A stretch of 44,881 nt of DNA, from assembly GCA_034659215.1 (NCBI GenBank), contig JAYEGS010000147.1:1-44881 (forward strand), given 5' to 3'. A model generated the notes under the pieces. That model saw only the letters and a list, made by a program, of their open reading frames with translations, searched no databases and was not told the DNA's origin. Of this stretch, positions 17,959 through 29,630 are shown piece after piece. The first letter of the stretch is position 1; each line of letters starts with the position of its first letter. This DNA is from Pseudomonadota bacterium. GTDB taxonomy: Bacteria > Desulfobacterota > Anaeroferrophillalia > Anaeroferrophillales > Tharpellaceae. The position numbers were made by a program, and so were the translations under genes.

Positions 17959-19311
17959 TTAACCTTTTTTCCCACGTCCCTCGCGTTTTCGGAAAAATAA
18001 TTTTACAGGAACCCCGTAAAAACCAAAATGCTCAATTATTCTATTTTCCAAATATCTTATATATGACGGTTTAATTCCTTTGATTATATTAGCAAAAATA
18101 ACAAAGGTGGGGGGTGCGCTACGCACTTGAGTCGCAAAATAGAATTTCAGTGGGCGCCGATAAATCAAAGGGTGTTGATGGGCGGTTACGACATCGGAAA
18201 GCCAGCGATTCAATTCTCCGGTGCCAATTCGCCGACTGTAAACCTCATGTAAAGCCTTGAGAGTCGGAAAAATTCTTTTCATTCCCTGACCGCTCTTGAC
18301 CGACAATTCCACCATCACAGGCTGGTGAATACCGAACAAGCGCTCCGCCAGATCCTCCTTTAATTCGGCCAGCAACTTTCTTTTATCAACAGTCAAAAGA
18401 TCAATTTTGTTAAGCACGTAGACAACCGCCTTGCCTTTTTCATGAGCCAAAGCGGAAATTTGCAGATCCTGATCGGTAACTCCGGAAACTGCATCAATCA
18501 TCAGGATCACAATTTCGGCAAAATCTATGGCCCGCAGGGTTGCGACATTACTTAGACTTTCAACCATTTCATGAACCCGGGCTCGGCGCCTGAGACCAGC
18601 TGTATCGAGAAAAAGATAGTTTTGTTGATCATGAACCAGAGCCACCTGAACTGCATCGATCGTAGTTCCCGGTCGCGCGCTAGTTGTCAAACGCTCACTT
18701 CCGATTAGATAATTGAGTAAAGAGGATTTTCCGACATTCGGTTTTCCGACCACCGAGACCCGGATTAATTCATTTTCATTTTCACTTTCACTCTCTCTTT
18801 CAGCCTCCTCTTCGACCGGCGGCAGAATTTCTGCCAGAGCCTCTTTCAAAGTGGCAATACCCTCACCATGTTCAGCGGATATCTGGTAGAGTTGTTCCAT
18901 CCCCAAGGCATAAAAATCAACACTGTCCTGCTGCACACGATGTGACTCACACTTATTTATAACCCACAAAATCGGTTTTCCGCTACGGCGTAGATAGCGG
19001 GCAAGTTCTCCATCTTCAGCACTCACCCCGCTCTGCCCATCCAACAGAAAAATGATAATATCCGCCTCATCTACCGCCGCCCGGGTCTGGATCCCGACAT
19101 CTTTTTGCAATGCATCTTCACCCGCAAAGACCAACCCCCCGGTATCAACCAGCAGACACTCCTTACCTTCAACCTGAAGCTCGGCAAAAAGACGATCACG
19201 AGTAACTCCTGGCGTATCGGCAACAATCGCCCGCCGCGCCTTTAAGAGTCGATTAAACAGAGTCGACTTCCCAACATTGGGTCGACCAACAATCACCACA
19301 CAACTTTTCAT
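17959..19311 (-). CDS. der: Ribosome biogenesis GTPase Der (EngA)
   Basis: Tandem G domains GRPNVGKS/GVTRD/DTGG and GKPNVGKS/GTTID/DTAG, C-terminal PPTFVIF..Y.RYLEN. Confidence 0.96.
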   Translation of the reverse strand: MKSCVVIVGRPNVGKSTLFNRLLKARRAIVADTPGVTRDRLFAELQVEGKECLLVDTGGLVFAGEDALQKDVGIQTRAAVDEADIIIFLLDGQSGVSAEDGELARYLRRSGKPILWVINKCESHRVQQDSVDFYALGMEQLYQISAEHGEGIATLKEALAEILPPVEEEAERESESENENELIRVSVVGKPNVGKSSLLNYLIGSERLTTSARPGTTIDAVQVALVHDQQNYLFLDTAGLRRRARVHEMVESLSNVATLRAIDFAEIVILMIDAVSGVTDQDLQISALAHEKGKAVVYVLNKIDLLTVDKRKLLAELKEDLAERLFGIHQPVMVELSVKSGQGMKRIFPTLKALHEVYSRRIGTGELNRWLSDVVTAHQHPLIYRRPLKFYFATQVRSAPPTFVIFANIIKGIKPSYIRYLENRIIEHFGFYGVPVKLFFRKREGRGKKG

Positions 19312-19597
19312 CTAAGACTTCCATATTCATACGTTAACTAAAAAAATAACAATCACGGCTGGGCCGGTCATTTAATATGTTTTTTACATTTTTGCAAGTT
19401 TTACAACCATTTCAGGGTTAGCAAAGATCATAAAATCAAGAGTTTTTGCTTGCCAATAGACTATCACTCATGTATAGGTAAAGGTCACTTTTTAAGCCGC
19501 CTGTCTATTAGTCGGGTGATTTTTCATAAGCAGTAAAACCTCTAATTTAAACTATGGATTAAACAGATTTATGTCGGCAATGAAAAAAAATCAGGAT

Positions 19598-21439
19598 ATG
19601 AAGCCTTTCTATAAAAACCTGGCCCTCTGGCTTGTGATCTGCCTCATTATGATCATGGTTTTCAATGTTTTCAACAACCCCGGAGGAGTCGCAAAGCATG
19701 AAATCGGCTTTAGCGAATTCATCGAACTGATTGACTCCGGCCAGATCAGTGAAGTCACTATACAGGGGCAAAATATCTCCGGCACCTACGGTTCTACTGC
19801 ATTTAAAACGTATACACCGGATGACCCTTCCCTGGTAAAAATGCTGCGCGATAAAGGCATTCGCATCACGGCTAAACCTGAAGATCAGTCCCCTTTATGG
19901 CAATCGATCCTGATCTCCTGGTTTCCGATGCTTCTTTTGATTGGGGTCTGGGTCTTTTTCATGCGTCAAATGCAGGGCGGCGGGGGTAAGGCTATGTCAT
20001 TTGGCAAAAGCCGGGCAAAACTCCTTAATGAAGACCAGAAAAAAGTCACCTTTAAAGATGTTTCCGGTATTGAAGAAGCCAAGGTTGAACTCGAAGAGAT
20101 CATCAATTTTTTAAAGGAACCCAAAAAGTTCACCCGCTTAGGCGGCAAGATTCCTAAAGGGGTTTTGCTCGTCGGAGCTCCGGGAACCGGGAAAACCCTG
20201 CTCGCCAAAGCGATTGCCGGTGAAGCCGATGTTCCTTTTTTCAGTATCAGTGGATCGGACTTTGTCGAAATGTTTGTCGGCGTCGGAGCTTCGCGCGTCC
20301 GCGATCTTTTCATCCAGGGCAAAAAAAATGCCCCCTGCCTGATCTTTATTGATGAAATCGACGCCGTCGGCCGCCATCGCGGTGCCGGTTTGGGTGGTGG
20401 ACATGACGAAAGAGAACAGACCTTAAACCAGCTCTTGGTCGAGATGGATGGTTTTGAATCCAATGACGGAGTAATCCTGCTGGCCGCCACCAACCGGCCA
20501 GATGTCCTTGATCCGGCCCTGCTCAGACCGGGACGTTTTGACCGTCAGGTAATCGTCCCTAACCCCGATGTTAAAGGACGGGAAGGAATCCTCAAAGTCC
20601 ATGCCCGCAAAGTGCCGCTGGCCAAAGATGTCGACCTCATGGTCGTCTCCCGCGGAACCCCCGGCTTTACCGGGGCTGACCTTGCCAACCTGATCAACGA
20701 AGCCAGCCTCCTGGCCGCCCGAACCGACAAAAAAGAGGTTGAGATGATCGACCTTGAAGAAGCCAAAGATAAAGTCATGATGGGAGCTGAAAGGCGAAGC
20801 CTGGTGATCAGCCCTGAAGAGAAGAAAAACACCGCTTATCACGAAGCCGGCCACGCTTTAGTAGCCCGACTTTTACCGGGAACCGACCCGATCCACAAAG
20901 TAACCATTATTCCCCGAGGTCGGGCTCTGGGCCTGACTCAGCAACTGCCGATTGATGAACGTCACACCTACAACAAAGATTATCTAGTCAACAACATAAT
21001 TGTTCTGATGGGTGGTCGAGTTGCTGAAGAGCTCGCTTTGAACCACATTACGACCGGAGCCGGCAATGACATTGAACGAGCCACCGAACTGGCCCGCAAG
21101 ATGGTTTGTGAATGGGGTATGGGGCGTATGGGGCCGGTCAGTTTCGGCAAAAAAGAGGAACATGTCTTCCTCGGCCGGGAGATGGCCCAAAATCGTGATT
21201 TCAGTGAAAAAACAGCCATCGAAATTGATGACGAAATCAAGGAGGTTGTCAACGATGCTTACGCTGAAGCCCTGAAACTGATAGGTGACAACCGCAAATC
21301 ACTTGACAACCTGGCTCTAGCGTTACTTGAAAAAGAGAGTATCAACGGTACTGAAGTTGACGAACTCATCGGCATCGCACCGACAGACAAGGAAACCGGC
21401 GATGATGTTCCCGTAAAAAGCGGTGACCAGGAAGCGTAA
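19598..21439 (+). CDS. ftsH: ATP-dependent zinc metalloprotease FtsH
   Basis: 2 [41 protein letters not shown]; start may be 19571, 19580 or 19598. Confidence 0.97.
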   Translation: MKPFYKNLALWLVICLIMIMVFNVFNNPGGVAKHEIGFSEFIELIDSGQISEVTIQGQNISGTYGSTAFKTYTPDDPSLVKMLRDKGIRITAKPEDQSPLWQSILISWFPMLLLIGVWVFFMRQMQGGGGKAMSFGKSRAKLLNEDQKKVTFKDVSGIEEAKVELEEIINFLKEPKKFTRLGGKIPKGVLLVGAPGTGKTLLAKAIAGEADVPFFSISGSDFVEMFVGVGASRVRDLFIQGKKNAPCLIFIDEIDAVGRHRGAGLGGGHDEREQTLNQLLVEMDGFESNDGVILLAATNRPDVLDPALLRPGRFDRQVIVPNPDVKGREGILKVHARKVPLAKDVDLMVVSRGTPGFTGADLANLINEASLLAARTDKKEVEMIDLEEAKDKVMMGAERRSLVISPEEKKNTAYHEAGHALVARLLPGTDPIHKVTIIPRGRALGLTQQLPIDERHTYNKDYLVNNIIVLMGGRVAEELALNHITTGAGNDIERATELARKMVCEWGMGRMGPVSFGKKEEHVFLGREMAQNRDFSEKTAIEIDDEIKEVVNDAYAEALKLIGDNRKSLDNLALALLEKESINGTEVDELIGIAPTDKETGDDVPVKSGDQEA

Positions 21440-21477
21440 ACCTAACCCGGAAAAGCCGGAACCAATAGGCCGCCTCT

Positions 21478-21547
21478 ATTTGTGTGAATTTGTGTCCATT
21501 TGTGGTTCCGCTTTTTCAACCACAGATAAACACAAATCAACACAAAT
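21478..21547. repeat. Inverted repeat built of 10-nt tandem units (family D)
   Basis: ATTTGTGTGA ATTTGTGTCC ATTTGTGGTT - 10 nt - AACCACAGAT AAACACAAAT CAACACAAAT. Confidence 0.8.
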
Positions 21548-21602
21548 TTAACTGTGCCAATTTAAAGATTTAGGTAACAGCCTGAAAGTGATGAAGTTAT
21601 AA

Positions 21603-22307
21603 GTGCAAAAAGAAAATTACGACAAGACTGAAAAAACTAAGGCCCACTTTCTCGGGGAAAAGTGGGATATTGTCAAAAAAATTTCAGCGGAAAAAGCCTT
21701 AAAGCCCGATATTCTGATTGTTGAAAACAAAGAGCAATTCCTTGTCGCCAAAGATTTTCGGGGCAAAGCCTGGATGGCTCAATACCTCTGGGGACCGCTC
21801 AACATCGGCTATGAAAAATTCCTTTTAAATAAACTTGCAGGTGTCGCAAAGATCCCCCAAGTTATCGGCCTGGAAGACTACAACTGCCTGCTCATCAGCC
21901 GTATTGAAGGTGATGAGATCAAAAAATGCAGCCATCTTCTGGCGCAGGATTTTTTTGACCAGCTCCTGAAGATTGCCGATGACCTTCACGCAAGAGGTGT
22001 GCTCCATCTCGACCTCGGCCACAAAAGCAACATCATGGTTGATCAAAATGGCAACCCGGCAATTATCGACTTTAACGCTTCGCTCTACCTGCCGCCGAAC
22101 TCTCTCTTTCGCCCTCTGATCCGCCTGCTGGGCAAAGTCGACCGCTACTCAATTCTCCGTCTGAAAATAAAATTTCGGCCTCAGGATGCCTGCCCGGCTG
22201 AAAAAAGGGGAGTTGAAAAATTTTTACGCTTAAGAAAGTTGTGGTTTTTTGACCGTTTATTAAGAAAGATAACCAATTACGCTAAAAAAGCCGGTTCCCA
22301 TAACTGA
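21603..22307 (+). CDS. Protein-kinase-like fold protein (Kdo/WaaP/RIO-like)
   Basis: VAKDF (beta3 Lys), YEK (alphaC Glu), LHARGVLHLDLGHKSNIMV catalytic loop, IIDF; GTG start uncertain. Confidence 0.82.
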   Translation: MQKENYDKTEKTKAHFLGEKWDIVKKISAEKALKPDILIVENKEQFLVAKDFRGKAWMAQYLWGPLNIGYEKFLLNKLAGVAKIPQVIGLEDYNCLLISRIEGDEIKKCSHLLAQDFFDQLLKIADDLHARGVLHLDLGHKSNIMVDQNGNPAIIDFNASLYLPPNSLFRPLIRLLGKVDRYSILRLKIKFRPQDACPAEKRGVEKFLRLRKLWFFDRLLRKITNYAKKAGSHN

Positions 22308-22321
22308 GGTTTACTTGAATA

Positions 22322-23539
22322 ATGCGCAACTACCATGTTCGACTTCTGGATATCAAAAAGGCCGATGATGCGGCGGCTTTAATGCAACAAATCGGCACCG
22401 ATATCCACGGCGTCAGCCTCATGAAGAACAAGATGGTTCACTACAATTTTCGGGTGGGCCCGCTCCCTCCGGGTGCCGCCAATATCATTAAACAGGAGAT
22501 GCTTTCCGTCGGCGGCGAAGCCGCCGTCACTCGCGGAGTCATTAACTGCAGCGCCGACAACAGTGACGCTATCTTAAGTGCGACCCGGAAACAATTTCGT
22601 AAATTCTGCCAAAAACTTCGCGCCCAGCCTTTTTCTCTGGCCTTGATGGCTGACCAAATCCAGGCATCACTCCAACTTCAAGAAAAAAACACAGGGCTCC
22701 CCTTTAAATGCCGGGGTCTTGATCTTGACCTGAAACAACGCTCACTAATCATGGGCATTCTCAATGTCACTCCGGACTCATTTTCCGACGGCAATCGCTT
22801 CTTCACCCCGGAAGACGCCCTCAACCAAGCCCGGAATATGGTCGAAGAAGGAGCCGATATTCTTGATATCGGCGGCGAATCGACCCGCCCCGGAGCCGCC
22901 CAGGTCAAGGAAGCTGAAGAGCTTAATCGGGTATTGCCGATAATCAAGGTTCTGCGCCGAGATTTCCCGGAACTACCGATCTCAATTGATACCTACAAAA
23001 GTAAGGTAGCCGCTGCCGCCCTTAATGCCGGAGCCGATATAATCAACGACATCAGCGCTTTCAATTTTGATCCGAAAATGGTCGATGTCGCTGCCTCAAC
23101 CAACGCTTATACATGTCTCATGCACATTCAGAAAACCCCGAATGCGATGCAGACAGATCCGGCTTACAACGATCTTTTTGCCGAAATATGTAAATATTTC
23201 GAAAAGAGTATCAAGCTCGCAATTGATGCCGGAGTCAAAAAGGAAAAACTCATACTTGACCCCGGTATCGGCTTCGGCAAGACCCTCGAACACAATCTTT
23301 TGCTCTTAAAACACCTTAGAGATTTTACCGGCTTCGGCTTGCCGTTACTAATCGGCACCTCGCGCAAATCATTTATCAGCAAACTAACCGGTGACCCGGT
23401 CGACCAGCGCCTCTCCGCTTCACTGGCCACAGTCGCTCAGGCTTTAACTAAAGGGGCCAACATTGTCCGCGTCCATGATGTTGCCGCCACCAAACAGGCA
23501 ATCACCGTAATTGACGCCATCAACCACATACAGAGATGA
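22322..23539 (+). CDS. folP: Dihydropteroate synthase with N-terminal extension
   Basis: IMGILNVTPDSFSDG, DIGGESTRPG, ISIDT, IINDIS, LDPGIGFGK, GTSRKSF, IVRVHDV; about 135-aa N-terminal domain (ANIIKQEMLSVGGEAAV). Confidence 0.96.
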   Translation: MRNYHVRLLDIKKADDAAALMQQIGTDIHGVSLMKNKMVHYNFRVGPLPPGAANIIKQEMLSVGGEAAVTRGVINCSADNSDAILSATRKQFRKFCQKLRAQPFSLALMADQIQASLQLQEKNTGLPFKCRGLDLDLKQRSLIMGILNVTPDSFSDGNRFFTPEDALNQARNMVEEGADILDIGGESTRPGAAQVKEAEELNRVLPIIKVLRRDFPELPISIDTYKSKVAAAALNAGADIINDISAFNFDPKMVDVAASTNAYTCLMHIQKTPNAMQTDPAYNDLFAEICKYFEKSIKLAIDAGVKKEKLILDPGIGFGKTLEHNLLLLKHLRDFTGFGLPLLIGTSRKSFISKLTGDPVDQRLSASLATVAQALTKGANIVRVHDVAATKQAITVIDAINHIQR

Positions 23540-23661
23540 CAAAGAGTAAAACGTCCATCTACTTCGTTGCGCAAAACCTTCGTCACTGCGGCGTACTTAA
23601 TGTACGCCTCGTTCCTCAGGCTTCGCGCGCCTCGCATCTGAACATTTTACTTTGTCATCTC
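23533..23661 (+). repeat. Palindromic interspersed element family A, copy 2; contains the folP stop codon
   Basis: GAGATGACAAAG/CTTTGTCATCTC terminal IR; central GCGGCGTACTTAATGTACGCCTC; homologous to the reverse complement of 3806-3932. Confidence 0.85.
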
Positions 23662-23716
23662 CATTTTGACATTTCACAACCTTATTAGCGCTATTATCGC
23701 TGACACTTTATAAACC

Positions 23717-24523
23717 ATGGCCGACTTTTTTGAAACCCTGCTTAACAGTCGCTGGCTCGACTTTATCGATATTATTATCGTGGCCATCCTTATATATCAG
23801 GTGTTGCTGATTATTCGCGGAACCCGGGCTTTTCAGATTCTTCTGGGCCTTTTTCTGATCTTTATCATCTACCAGCTCTCCCTGCTCCTCGGTTTTTATA
23901 CCCTGCACTGGCTCCTCAACGGTTTTTTAAGTTCAATTGTCCTGATTGTCATCGTTTTGTTTCAAAATGAATTCCGCCGGGCCTTGGCCAAATTCGGCAA
24001 GACCTCATTCACCATCAACCGGGCTGAAGAGCTCAACTCTCTTGACAAGATCATCAAAGCCTGCACAACTATGTCGTTAAAAAGGATTGGCGCATTAATT
24101 GTCTTTACTCGCGAAAACAAGATTCCCGTCATCGTTGAGGGCGGGGTTGAAATTAATGCCAAGGTCAGTGACGCTCTCTTGCTCAGCATTTTCAATCCAT
24201 CATCACCAATTCATGATGGTGCGGTGATTATTGATAAAGGAAAGATTGTCGCAGCCGGCTGTTTTCTCCCTTTGGCCATTGACCCCATGATCGAGAATAT
24301 GTACGGCACCAGGCACCGGGCGGCGATGGGAATTTCCGAAGACACCGATGCCGTGGTCGTGGTCGTCTCCGAAGAGACCGGCAAAATATCACTTTCGATC
24401 GGCGGTAAAATAACCAAAGAGCAGAATCCCGAATCCTTAAGTCGAGTTCTTAATAATATTTTTTCTCCAAACCGAAAGAAATCGGGCTTTTTTACCTCAC
24501 TACAACGTATTTTTCGTAGTTAA
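23717..24523 (+). CDS. cdaA: Diadenylate cyclase CdaA (DacA)
   Basis: 3 N-terminal TM, FQNEFRRAL, HDGA and GTRHRAA catalytic motifs, VSEETG. Confidence 0.95.
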   Translation: MADFFETLLNSRWLDFIDIIIVAILIYQVLLIIRGTRAFQILLGLFLIFIIYQLSLLLGFYTLHWLLNGFLSSIVLIVIVLFQNEFRRALAKFGKTSFTINRAEELNSLDKIIKACTTMSLKRIGALIVFTRENKIPVIVEGGVEINAKVSDALLLSIFNPSSPIHDGAVIIDKGKIVAAGCFLPLAIDPMIENMYGTRHRAAMGISEDTDAVVVVVSEETGKISLSIGGKITKEQNPESLSRVLNNIFSPNRKKSGFFTSLQRIFRS

Positions 24524-24534
24524 AAACCAAAATC

Positions 24535-25488
24535 ATGGCCAAAATACGATCACTTTTTTTTGAAAACCTGACCCTTAAAATTCTGTCAATCATCTTGGCG
24601 GCATTTCTCTGGTTTTTTGTTTCCGGTAAAAGCAAAACTGAATTGGCTTTAAGTGTCCCGGTTGAGTTTACCTCGATTCCGACTAACATGAATATCATCA
24701 CCAAGGTGCCTACCAGTATTCATATCAGAGTCAAGGGAACCAAGACCCTGCTCCGCCCTCTGACCGTCAAACCGCCTTCTTTAACTATTAATCTGGCTAA
24801 AGCCGTAAGCGGTAAAAATGTAATTCGACTGGCGCAGGAGACCTTTAGCGATCTTCCCTTGGGAGTTGATGTCGTTAATCTCGACCCCGACACCCTGATA
24901 ATTTACCTCGATCGATTCGTCAAAACCACCCTGCCGATTGAGATAAAAACTATCGGGACCCCCCCAAGAGGGTTTCAAATCAGAGAGATAAACATATCGC
25001 CGACGACAGCCCAATTCAGGGCTTCCGAGGAGTATCTCAAGGAACATGATATTGTCTTCTCCGAACCAATAGATGTCAGCCAACTGCGGCAGGACACAAA
25101 AGTTTCACTCAGTTTAATGCTTCCGCCGGACGAACTTAAGGCCCTTGACCCTAAACTCAAGATCTCGGCCACCATCGAGATCGGCGAGACCCAGGCTCAA
25201 AGAGTCATAAAAGGGATCAGGGTAGACTTTCAAAACCGCAACAAAGAGATCGGCCGCATCGGCATCAGCAACTACTTTGTCGACCTTGTAGTTGAATGTC
25301 CGCTCTTGATGCAGATCGATGACATCCGTAAACAGGCCCACATCAGCGTCGATCTGGCTCCCTTGCTGAAAAACAAGGGGGATGGTTACTACACCTTCCC
25401 CATCCAGGTAAGCCTGCCGGATAAAGTGAACCTCCTGACCATAGATCCGACTGAAGTAGAGATCGTATTCAAGAAAACCGACCCTTAA
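24535..25488 (+). CDS. cdaR: CdaR / YbbR-like regulator
   Basis: N-terminal TM ([16 protein letters not shown]), repeated YbbR-like beta domains, position between cdaA and glmM. Confidence 0.85.
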   Translation: MAKIRSLFFENLTLKILSIILAAFLWFFVSGKSKTELALSVPVEFTSIPTNMNIITKVPTSIHIRVKGTKTLLRPLTVKPPSLTINLAKAVSGKNVIRLAQETFSDLPLGVDVVNLDPDTLIIYLDRFVKTTLPIEIKTIGTPPRGFQIREINISPTTAQFRASEEYLKEHDIVFSEPIDVSQLRQDTKVSLSLMLPPDELKALDPKLKISATIEIGETQAQRVIKGIRVDFQNRNKEIGRIGISNYFVDLVVECPLLMQIDDIRKQAHISVDLAPLLKNKGDGYYTFPIQVSLPDKVNLLTIDPTEVEIVFKKTDP

Positions 25489-25507
25489 GAAAAGGAAACT
25501 ACTTACT

Positions 25508-26857
25508 ATGCAGAAACTCTTTGGTACCGATGGCGTCCGGGGAACTGCCAACATCGACCCGATAACTGCTGAAATCGCCCTCCAGATCGGCCGGGCCACG
25601 GCTTATATCTGCAAAAACAAAGAACACCGACACAAGATAGTCATCGGCAAAGATACCAGAATCTCCGGCTACATGCTGGAGAGTGCGTTGGTTTCCGGGA
25701 TCTGCTCAATGGGGGTTGACGTCCTCCTTATCGGGCCGATGCCGACCCCGGGTATTGCCTTTATTACCCGCAGTATGCGAGCCGATGCCGGAATGGTTAT
25801 TTCGGCCTCACACAACCCTTTTCAGGATAATGGTATTAAAATATTTTCCCGTGATGGTTTCAAGCTCCCTGATAGTGAAGAGTCCCGGATTGAAGATTTA
25901 ATCTTTAATCAAACAATTGACCAGTTGCGCCCCACCGCTGATGACATCGGTAAAGCTTTTCGCATTGATGATGCCAACGGTCGCTATATTGTTTTTCTCA
26001 AAAACACCTTCCCCGACCATCTCACTCTGGAAGGCATGAAACTGGTTATAGATTGCGGTAACGGTGCCGCCTATAAGATTGCTCCGGCGGTTTTTAACGA
26101 ACTTGGAGCCGAAGTCATTACGATCGGTATCGATCCGGACGGAAAAAACATCAATTCAGGCTGCGGCTCCCTCTACCCGGAGAAACTGCAACAAAGAGTA
26201 ATCGATGAGCAGGCCCATATCGGCATCGCTTTTGATGGGGATGCCGACCGGGTCATCTTCGTCGATGCCACCGGCAAAGTGGTCGACGGCGACCAGGTCA
26301 TGGCGATCTGCGCCCTCCATATGCAACGCCAAAAAATACTTAAAAAAAGTACCGTCGTCGCTACGGTGATGAGTAATATGGGACTGGAAAAAGTATTGAA
26401 CGAGGCTGATATCAACCTGGTTCGCACCCAGGTTGGTGATCGCTATGTGGTTGAGGAGATGCGGGCTAAAAACTATAACTTCGGCGGTGAGCAATCGGGC
26501 CATCTGATCTTCATGGATCACAACACTACCGGCGACGGCATTCTTTCAGCCCTACAAGTCCTAGCCGTCATCGTCGAAGAGGGAAAATCTCTAGCCGATC
26601 TCGCTTCGGTCATGGAAATTTTCCCCCAAATCCTGATCAACGTCCCGGTCAAAAAGAAAACCTTAGTCACCGAGGTGCCGGCCTTAAGCCGCCAAATTGC
26701 CGAAGTCGAAAGAAATCTACAAGGTCATGGACGCCTGCTGATCCGTTATTCGGGCACGGAGAACAAACTTCGTATAATGCTTGAAGGGGAAAATTACGAC
26801 GAAATCAAAAACTATGCAGAAGGGTTGGCCGACTTAGTCCGTAAGCTTCTGGGATAA
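25508..26857 (+). CDS. glmM: Phosphoglucosamine mutase
   Basis: [43 protein letters not shown]. Confidence 0.97.
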   Translation: MQKLFGTDGVRGTANIDPITAEIALQIGRATAYICKNKEHRHKIVIGKDTRISGYMLESALVSGICSMGVDVLLIGPMPTPGIAFITRSMRADAGMVISASHNPFQDNGIKIFSRDGFKLPDSEESRIEDLIFNQTIDQLRPTADDIGKAFRIDDANGRYIVFLKNTFPDHLTLEGMKLVIDCGNGAAYKIAPAVFNELGAEVITIGIDPDGKNINSGCGSLYPEKLQQRVIDEQAHIGIAFDGDADRVIFVDATGKVVDGDQVMAICALHMQRQKILKKSTVVATVMSNMGLEKVLNEADINLVRTQVGDRYVVEEMRAKNYNFGGEQSGHLIFMDHNTTGDGILSALQVLAVIVEEGKSLADLASVMEIFPQILINVPVKKKTLVTEVPALSRQIAEVERNLQGHGRLLIRYSGTENKLRIMLEGENYDEIKNYAEGLADLVRKLLG

Positions 26858-28723
26858 AACTTTTTTTCTGATGCCCAAAGCATCAAGACCGAGGTCATGG
26901 CGCAACTGGGCCGGGGTTCCATGCGGAACAAAACGGTCGGGCAAACCGGTGGTTACGACACGGGCCGACCAGAGATTTCCGGCTGCCATAAACTCTAAAA
27001 CGCCGCCGCCAAAACCGCCTGCGACCACATTCTCTTCGAAGGTAAAGACCCATTTAAACTCTTCCAGACAAGTTTGCAGAAGCTCTTCGTCAAAGGGTTT
27101 CACATAACGACAATTAACCACCTGACAATCAATCCCATCCTCAGTGGCGAGTTGTTCAGCCGCCGCCAAGACCGGCGCAACACAGGATCCGACCGCCAGC
27201 AGCACTGCATCCCGACCCGGGCGTAACACCTCCCAACTGCCTCGGGGCAACTCTTTGAACTCTTTATCCAACTCCACTCCGAGACCGTTGCCGCGCGGAT
27301 AACGAATCGCTGTCGGCCCGTCAATCGTTAAGGTCGTAAAGAGCATATGCTGAAATTCATTCTCATCTTTGGGCGCCATAATCGTCATATTGGGAATCAT
27401 TCTGAGATATGAAAGATCAAAGGTGCCATGATGAGTAGGGCCGTCTTCACCGACAACGCCGGCCCGGTCAAGACAGAGGGTGACCGGCAGATTCTGCAAA
27501 GCAACATCATGCAACACCTGATCAAAAGCCCGTTGCATGAAGGTCGAGTAGATGGCAACAAAAGGCCGCAATCCCCGACTTGCCATACCGGCAGCCATAG
27601 TCACCCCATGCTGTTCGGCAATCCCGACATCATAAACCCGGTCGGGGAATTTTTCGGCCATCATTTCAACCCCGGTTCCCGCCGGCATGGCCGCTGTAAT
27701 CCCGACGACCCGTTCATCGGTGGCGGCAAGCGTCGTCAAAGTGCGACCGAAAATCGACGTATAACTGGGGGGAGATTTTTTCTCTGCACCAAGTTTACGA
27801 CCGCTGGCGATATCGAAAGGTCCAATCCCATGAAAAAGCGCCGGATCGGCCTCGGCCGGGCTATAACCTTTACCTTTTTTGGTAACCACATGCAGAAGAA
27901 TCGGGCCGTCAAGATGAGTTAAATTTTCAAAAGTTTCAATCAGGGTGGCAAGATCGTGCCCGGGCATCGGCCCGACATATTGAAAGCCAAGATCTTCAAA
28001 AATTGTCCCGACCGGAATGACAAACCCTTTAAACGACTCTTCAGCCCTTTTCACCATTTTGAAAACACTATCACCAACCTTGGGAATATTGGTCAGTACC
28101 GATTTCACATCGTGGCGCAGGCGATTAACCGCAGAACCGGTTAGAATCCGGTTAAGATAGGCTGACATGGCTCCCACATTTGGCGAGATCGACATCTCAT
28201 TATCATTCAAAACAACAATCAGATCACGATCTAAGGAGCCGGCATGATTCAAAGCTTCGAAAGCTAAGCCCGCCGTCATTGAACCATCCCCGATAATGGC
28301 TACCGTGCGTTGGCGTTTTTTCTGGTGTTCGGCCGCCAGAGCCATACCGAGGGCGGCCGAAATTGAGGTGCTGGAGTGACCGACATTAAAGGTATCGTAT
28401 TCACTCTCCTCTCTTTTGGGGAAACCACTTAACCCTCCAGCCTGCCTCAAGGTGGCAAAACGCTGGGCTCGGCCGGTAAGAATCTTATGCGCATAAGCCT
28501 GATGGCCAACATCCCAGACCAAAAGATCACGAGGGGTGGCGAAGACATAATGCAAGGCAATCGTGAGTTCTACGACACCCAGAGATGAGGCCAGATGGCC
28601 GCCATTGCGAGCCACGATCTCAATAATCAGACTCCGGATTTCAGCCGCCAAATGCGGCAAATCTTCAACCCTGAGCCCCCTAAGATCACTCGGATCGTTA
28701 ATTTTTTCCAGTAACTTCATCAT
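26834..28723 (-). CDS. dxs: 1-deoxy-D-xylulose-5-phosphate synthase
   Basis: [57 protein letters not shown]; start ATG 28723/28720; 24-nt convergent overlap with glmM. Confidence 0.97.
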   Translation of the reverse strand: MMKLLEKINDPSDLRGLRVEDLPHLAAEIRSLIIEIVARNGGHLASSLGVVELTIALHYVFATPRDLLVWDVGHQAYAHKILTGRAQRFATLRQAGGLSGFPKREESEYDTFNVGHSSTSISAALGMALAAEHQKKRQRTVAIIGDGSMTAGLAFEALNHAGSLDRDLIVVLNDNEMSISPNVGAMSAYLNRILTGSAVNRLRHDVKSVLTNIPKVGDSVFKMVKRAEESFKGFVIPVGTIFEDLGFQYVGPMPGHDLATLIETFENLTHLDGPILLHVVTKKGKGYSPAEADPALFHGIGPFDIASGRKLGAEKKSPPSYTSIFGRTLTTLAATDERVVGITAAMPAGTGVEMMAEKFPDRVYDVGIAEQHGVTMAAGMASRGLRPFVAIYSTFMQRAFDQVLHDVALQNLPVTLCLDRAGVVGEDGPTHHGTFDLSYLRMIPNMTIMAPKDENEFQHMLFTTLTIDGPTAIRYPRGNGLGVELDKEFKELPRGSWEVLRPGRDAVLLAVGSCVAPVLAAAEQLATEDGIDCQVVNCRYVKPFDEELLQTCLEEFKWVFTFEENVVAGGFGGGVLEFMAAGNLWSARVVTTGLPDRFVPHGTPAQLRHDLGLDALGIRKKVLSQKLTD

Positions 28724-28748
28724 AATAAAATAAATACATAAATAAATA

Positions 28749-29630
28749 TTATAGAAGATCTTCCAGCGTGTAACTATAACCATCTACAATTTTTTTCAAA
28801 CGATACAGAGCCGCTTTTTCAAGCTGACGAATTCTCTCTCTGGTGAGATTCAGTTGCCCGCCGATCTCTTCCAACGTCTGGCCCTCTTCTTCAGAAAGAC
28901 CATATCGTTTGGTTATCACCAGCCGCTCTTTAGGTCTCAATTCATCGAGCCAACAGAGGATAATTTTCAGGCGCAGATCATGATCAAGAATATCTAATGG
29001 GTTTTCATTTTTGTCATCTGCGAGCTGTTCCAGCGAAAGTGTCCCGCCCCCCCCGTCTTCACGATCACGATCACTATTCGCACTATTGCCGGAAGTCAAT
29101 GTAACAAGGTTATTGAGACGAGCCAAAGATGGAGTAAAGGAGGTAAACTTATGACCGATATAGTCGGCAACCTCTTCAAAACTGGGTTCACGACCATATT
29201 CACGAATATATTTCTGTCGGCCCTTAATGTAGGTATTGAATTCATCGACAACATGAACCGGCAGACGGATAATTTTACTTTGGCTGATCAGAGCCCGACT
29301 CATATATTGACGAATCCACCAAACCGCATAGGTTGAGAAACGACACTTAAATTTCGGGTCAAAACGTTCGACCGCCCGAATTAAGCCGAGATTACCCTCC
29401 TCAATCAGATCCTCGGTCGGCAGACCCCGATTCTGATAATGCTTGACCAAGTGAACAACCAACCTCAAGTTGGCCTCAATCATTTTTTTCCGGGCCTCTT
29501 CGTCTCCACTCTGAACTCGTTTGGCAAGATCGACCTCTCCGACTTCATCAAGCAGAGGAATGCCGCGAATATCTTCAAGGTACGACTCAAGAGCGCCGCC
29601 GGAAAAAATATGTTTATCCTCTCCCGCCAC
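28749..29630 (-). CDS. rpoS: Group 2 sigma70 factor, RpoS-like
   Basis: DLIEEGNLGLIRAVERFDP, FSTYAVWWIRQ, IRLPVHV, TRERIRQLE; no region 1.1; directly downstream of pcm. Confidence 0.8.
   Translation of the reverse strand: MAGEDKHIFSGGALESYLEDIRGIPLLDEVGEVDLAKRVQSGDEEARKKMIEANLRLVVHLVKHYQNRGLPTEDLIEEGNLGLIRAVERFDPKFKCRFSTYAVWWIRQYMSRALISQSKIIRLPVHVVDEFNTYIKGRQKYIREYGREPSFEEVADYIGHKFTSFTPSLARLNNLVTLTSGNSANSDRDREDGGGGTLSLEQLADDKNENPLDILDHDLRLKIILCWLDELRPKERLVITKRYGLSEEEGQTLEEIGGQLNLTRERIRQLEKAALYRLKKIVDGYSYTLEDLL

Noticed and set aside
21478-21547. Possible mini CRISPR array
   Set aside because: Units are 10 nt with no unique spacers, arms are inverted, and no cas genes are present
23437-23637. 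66-aa minus-strand ORF MRGARSLRNEAYIKYAAVTK
   Set aside because: Translation of the family A repeat and of antisense folP
23537-23661. Selenocysteine read-through at folP TGA followed by a hairpin
   Set aside because: FolP is already complete at this point and the hairpin is a dispersed repeat, not a bacterial SECIS-like element
23717-26857. c-di-AMP module cdaA-cdaR-glmM as a novelty in a Gram-negative organism
   Set aside because: Already known from deltaproteobacteria; kept as features only
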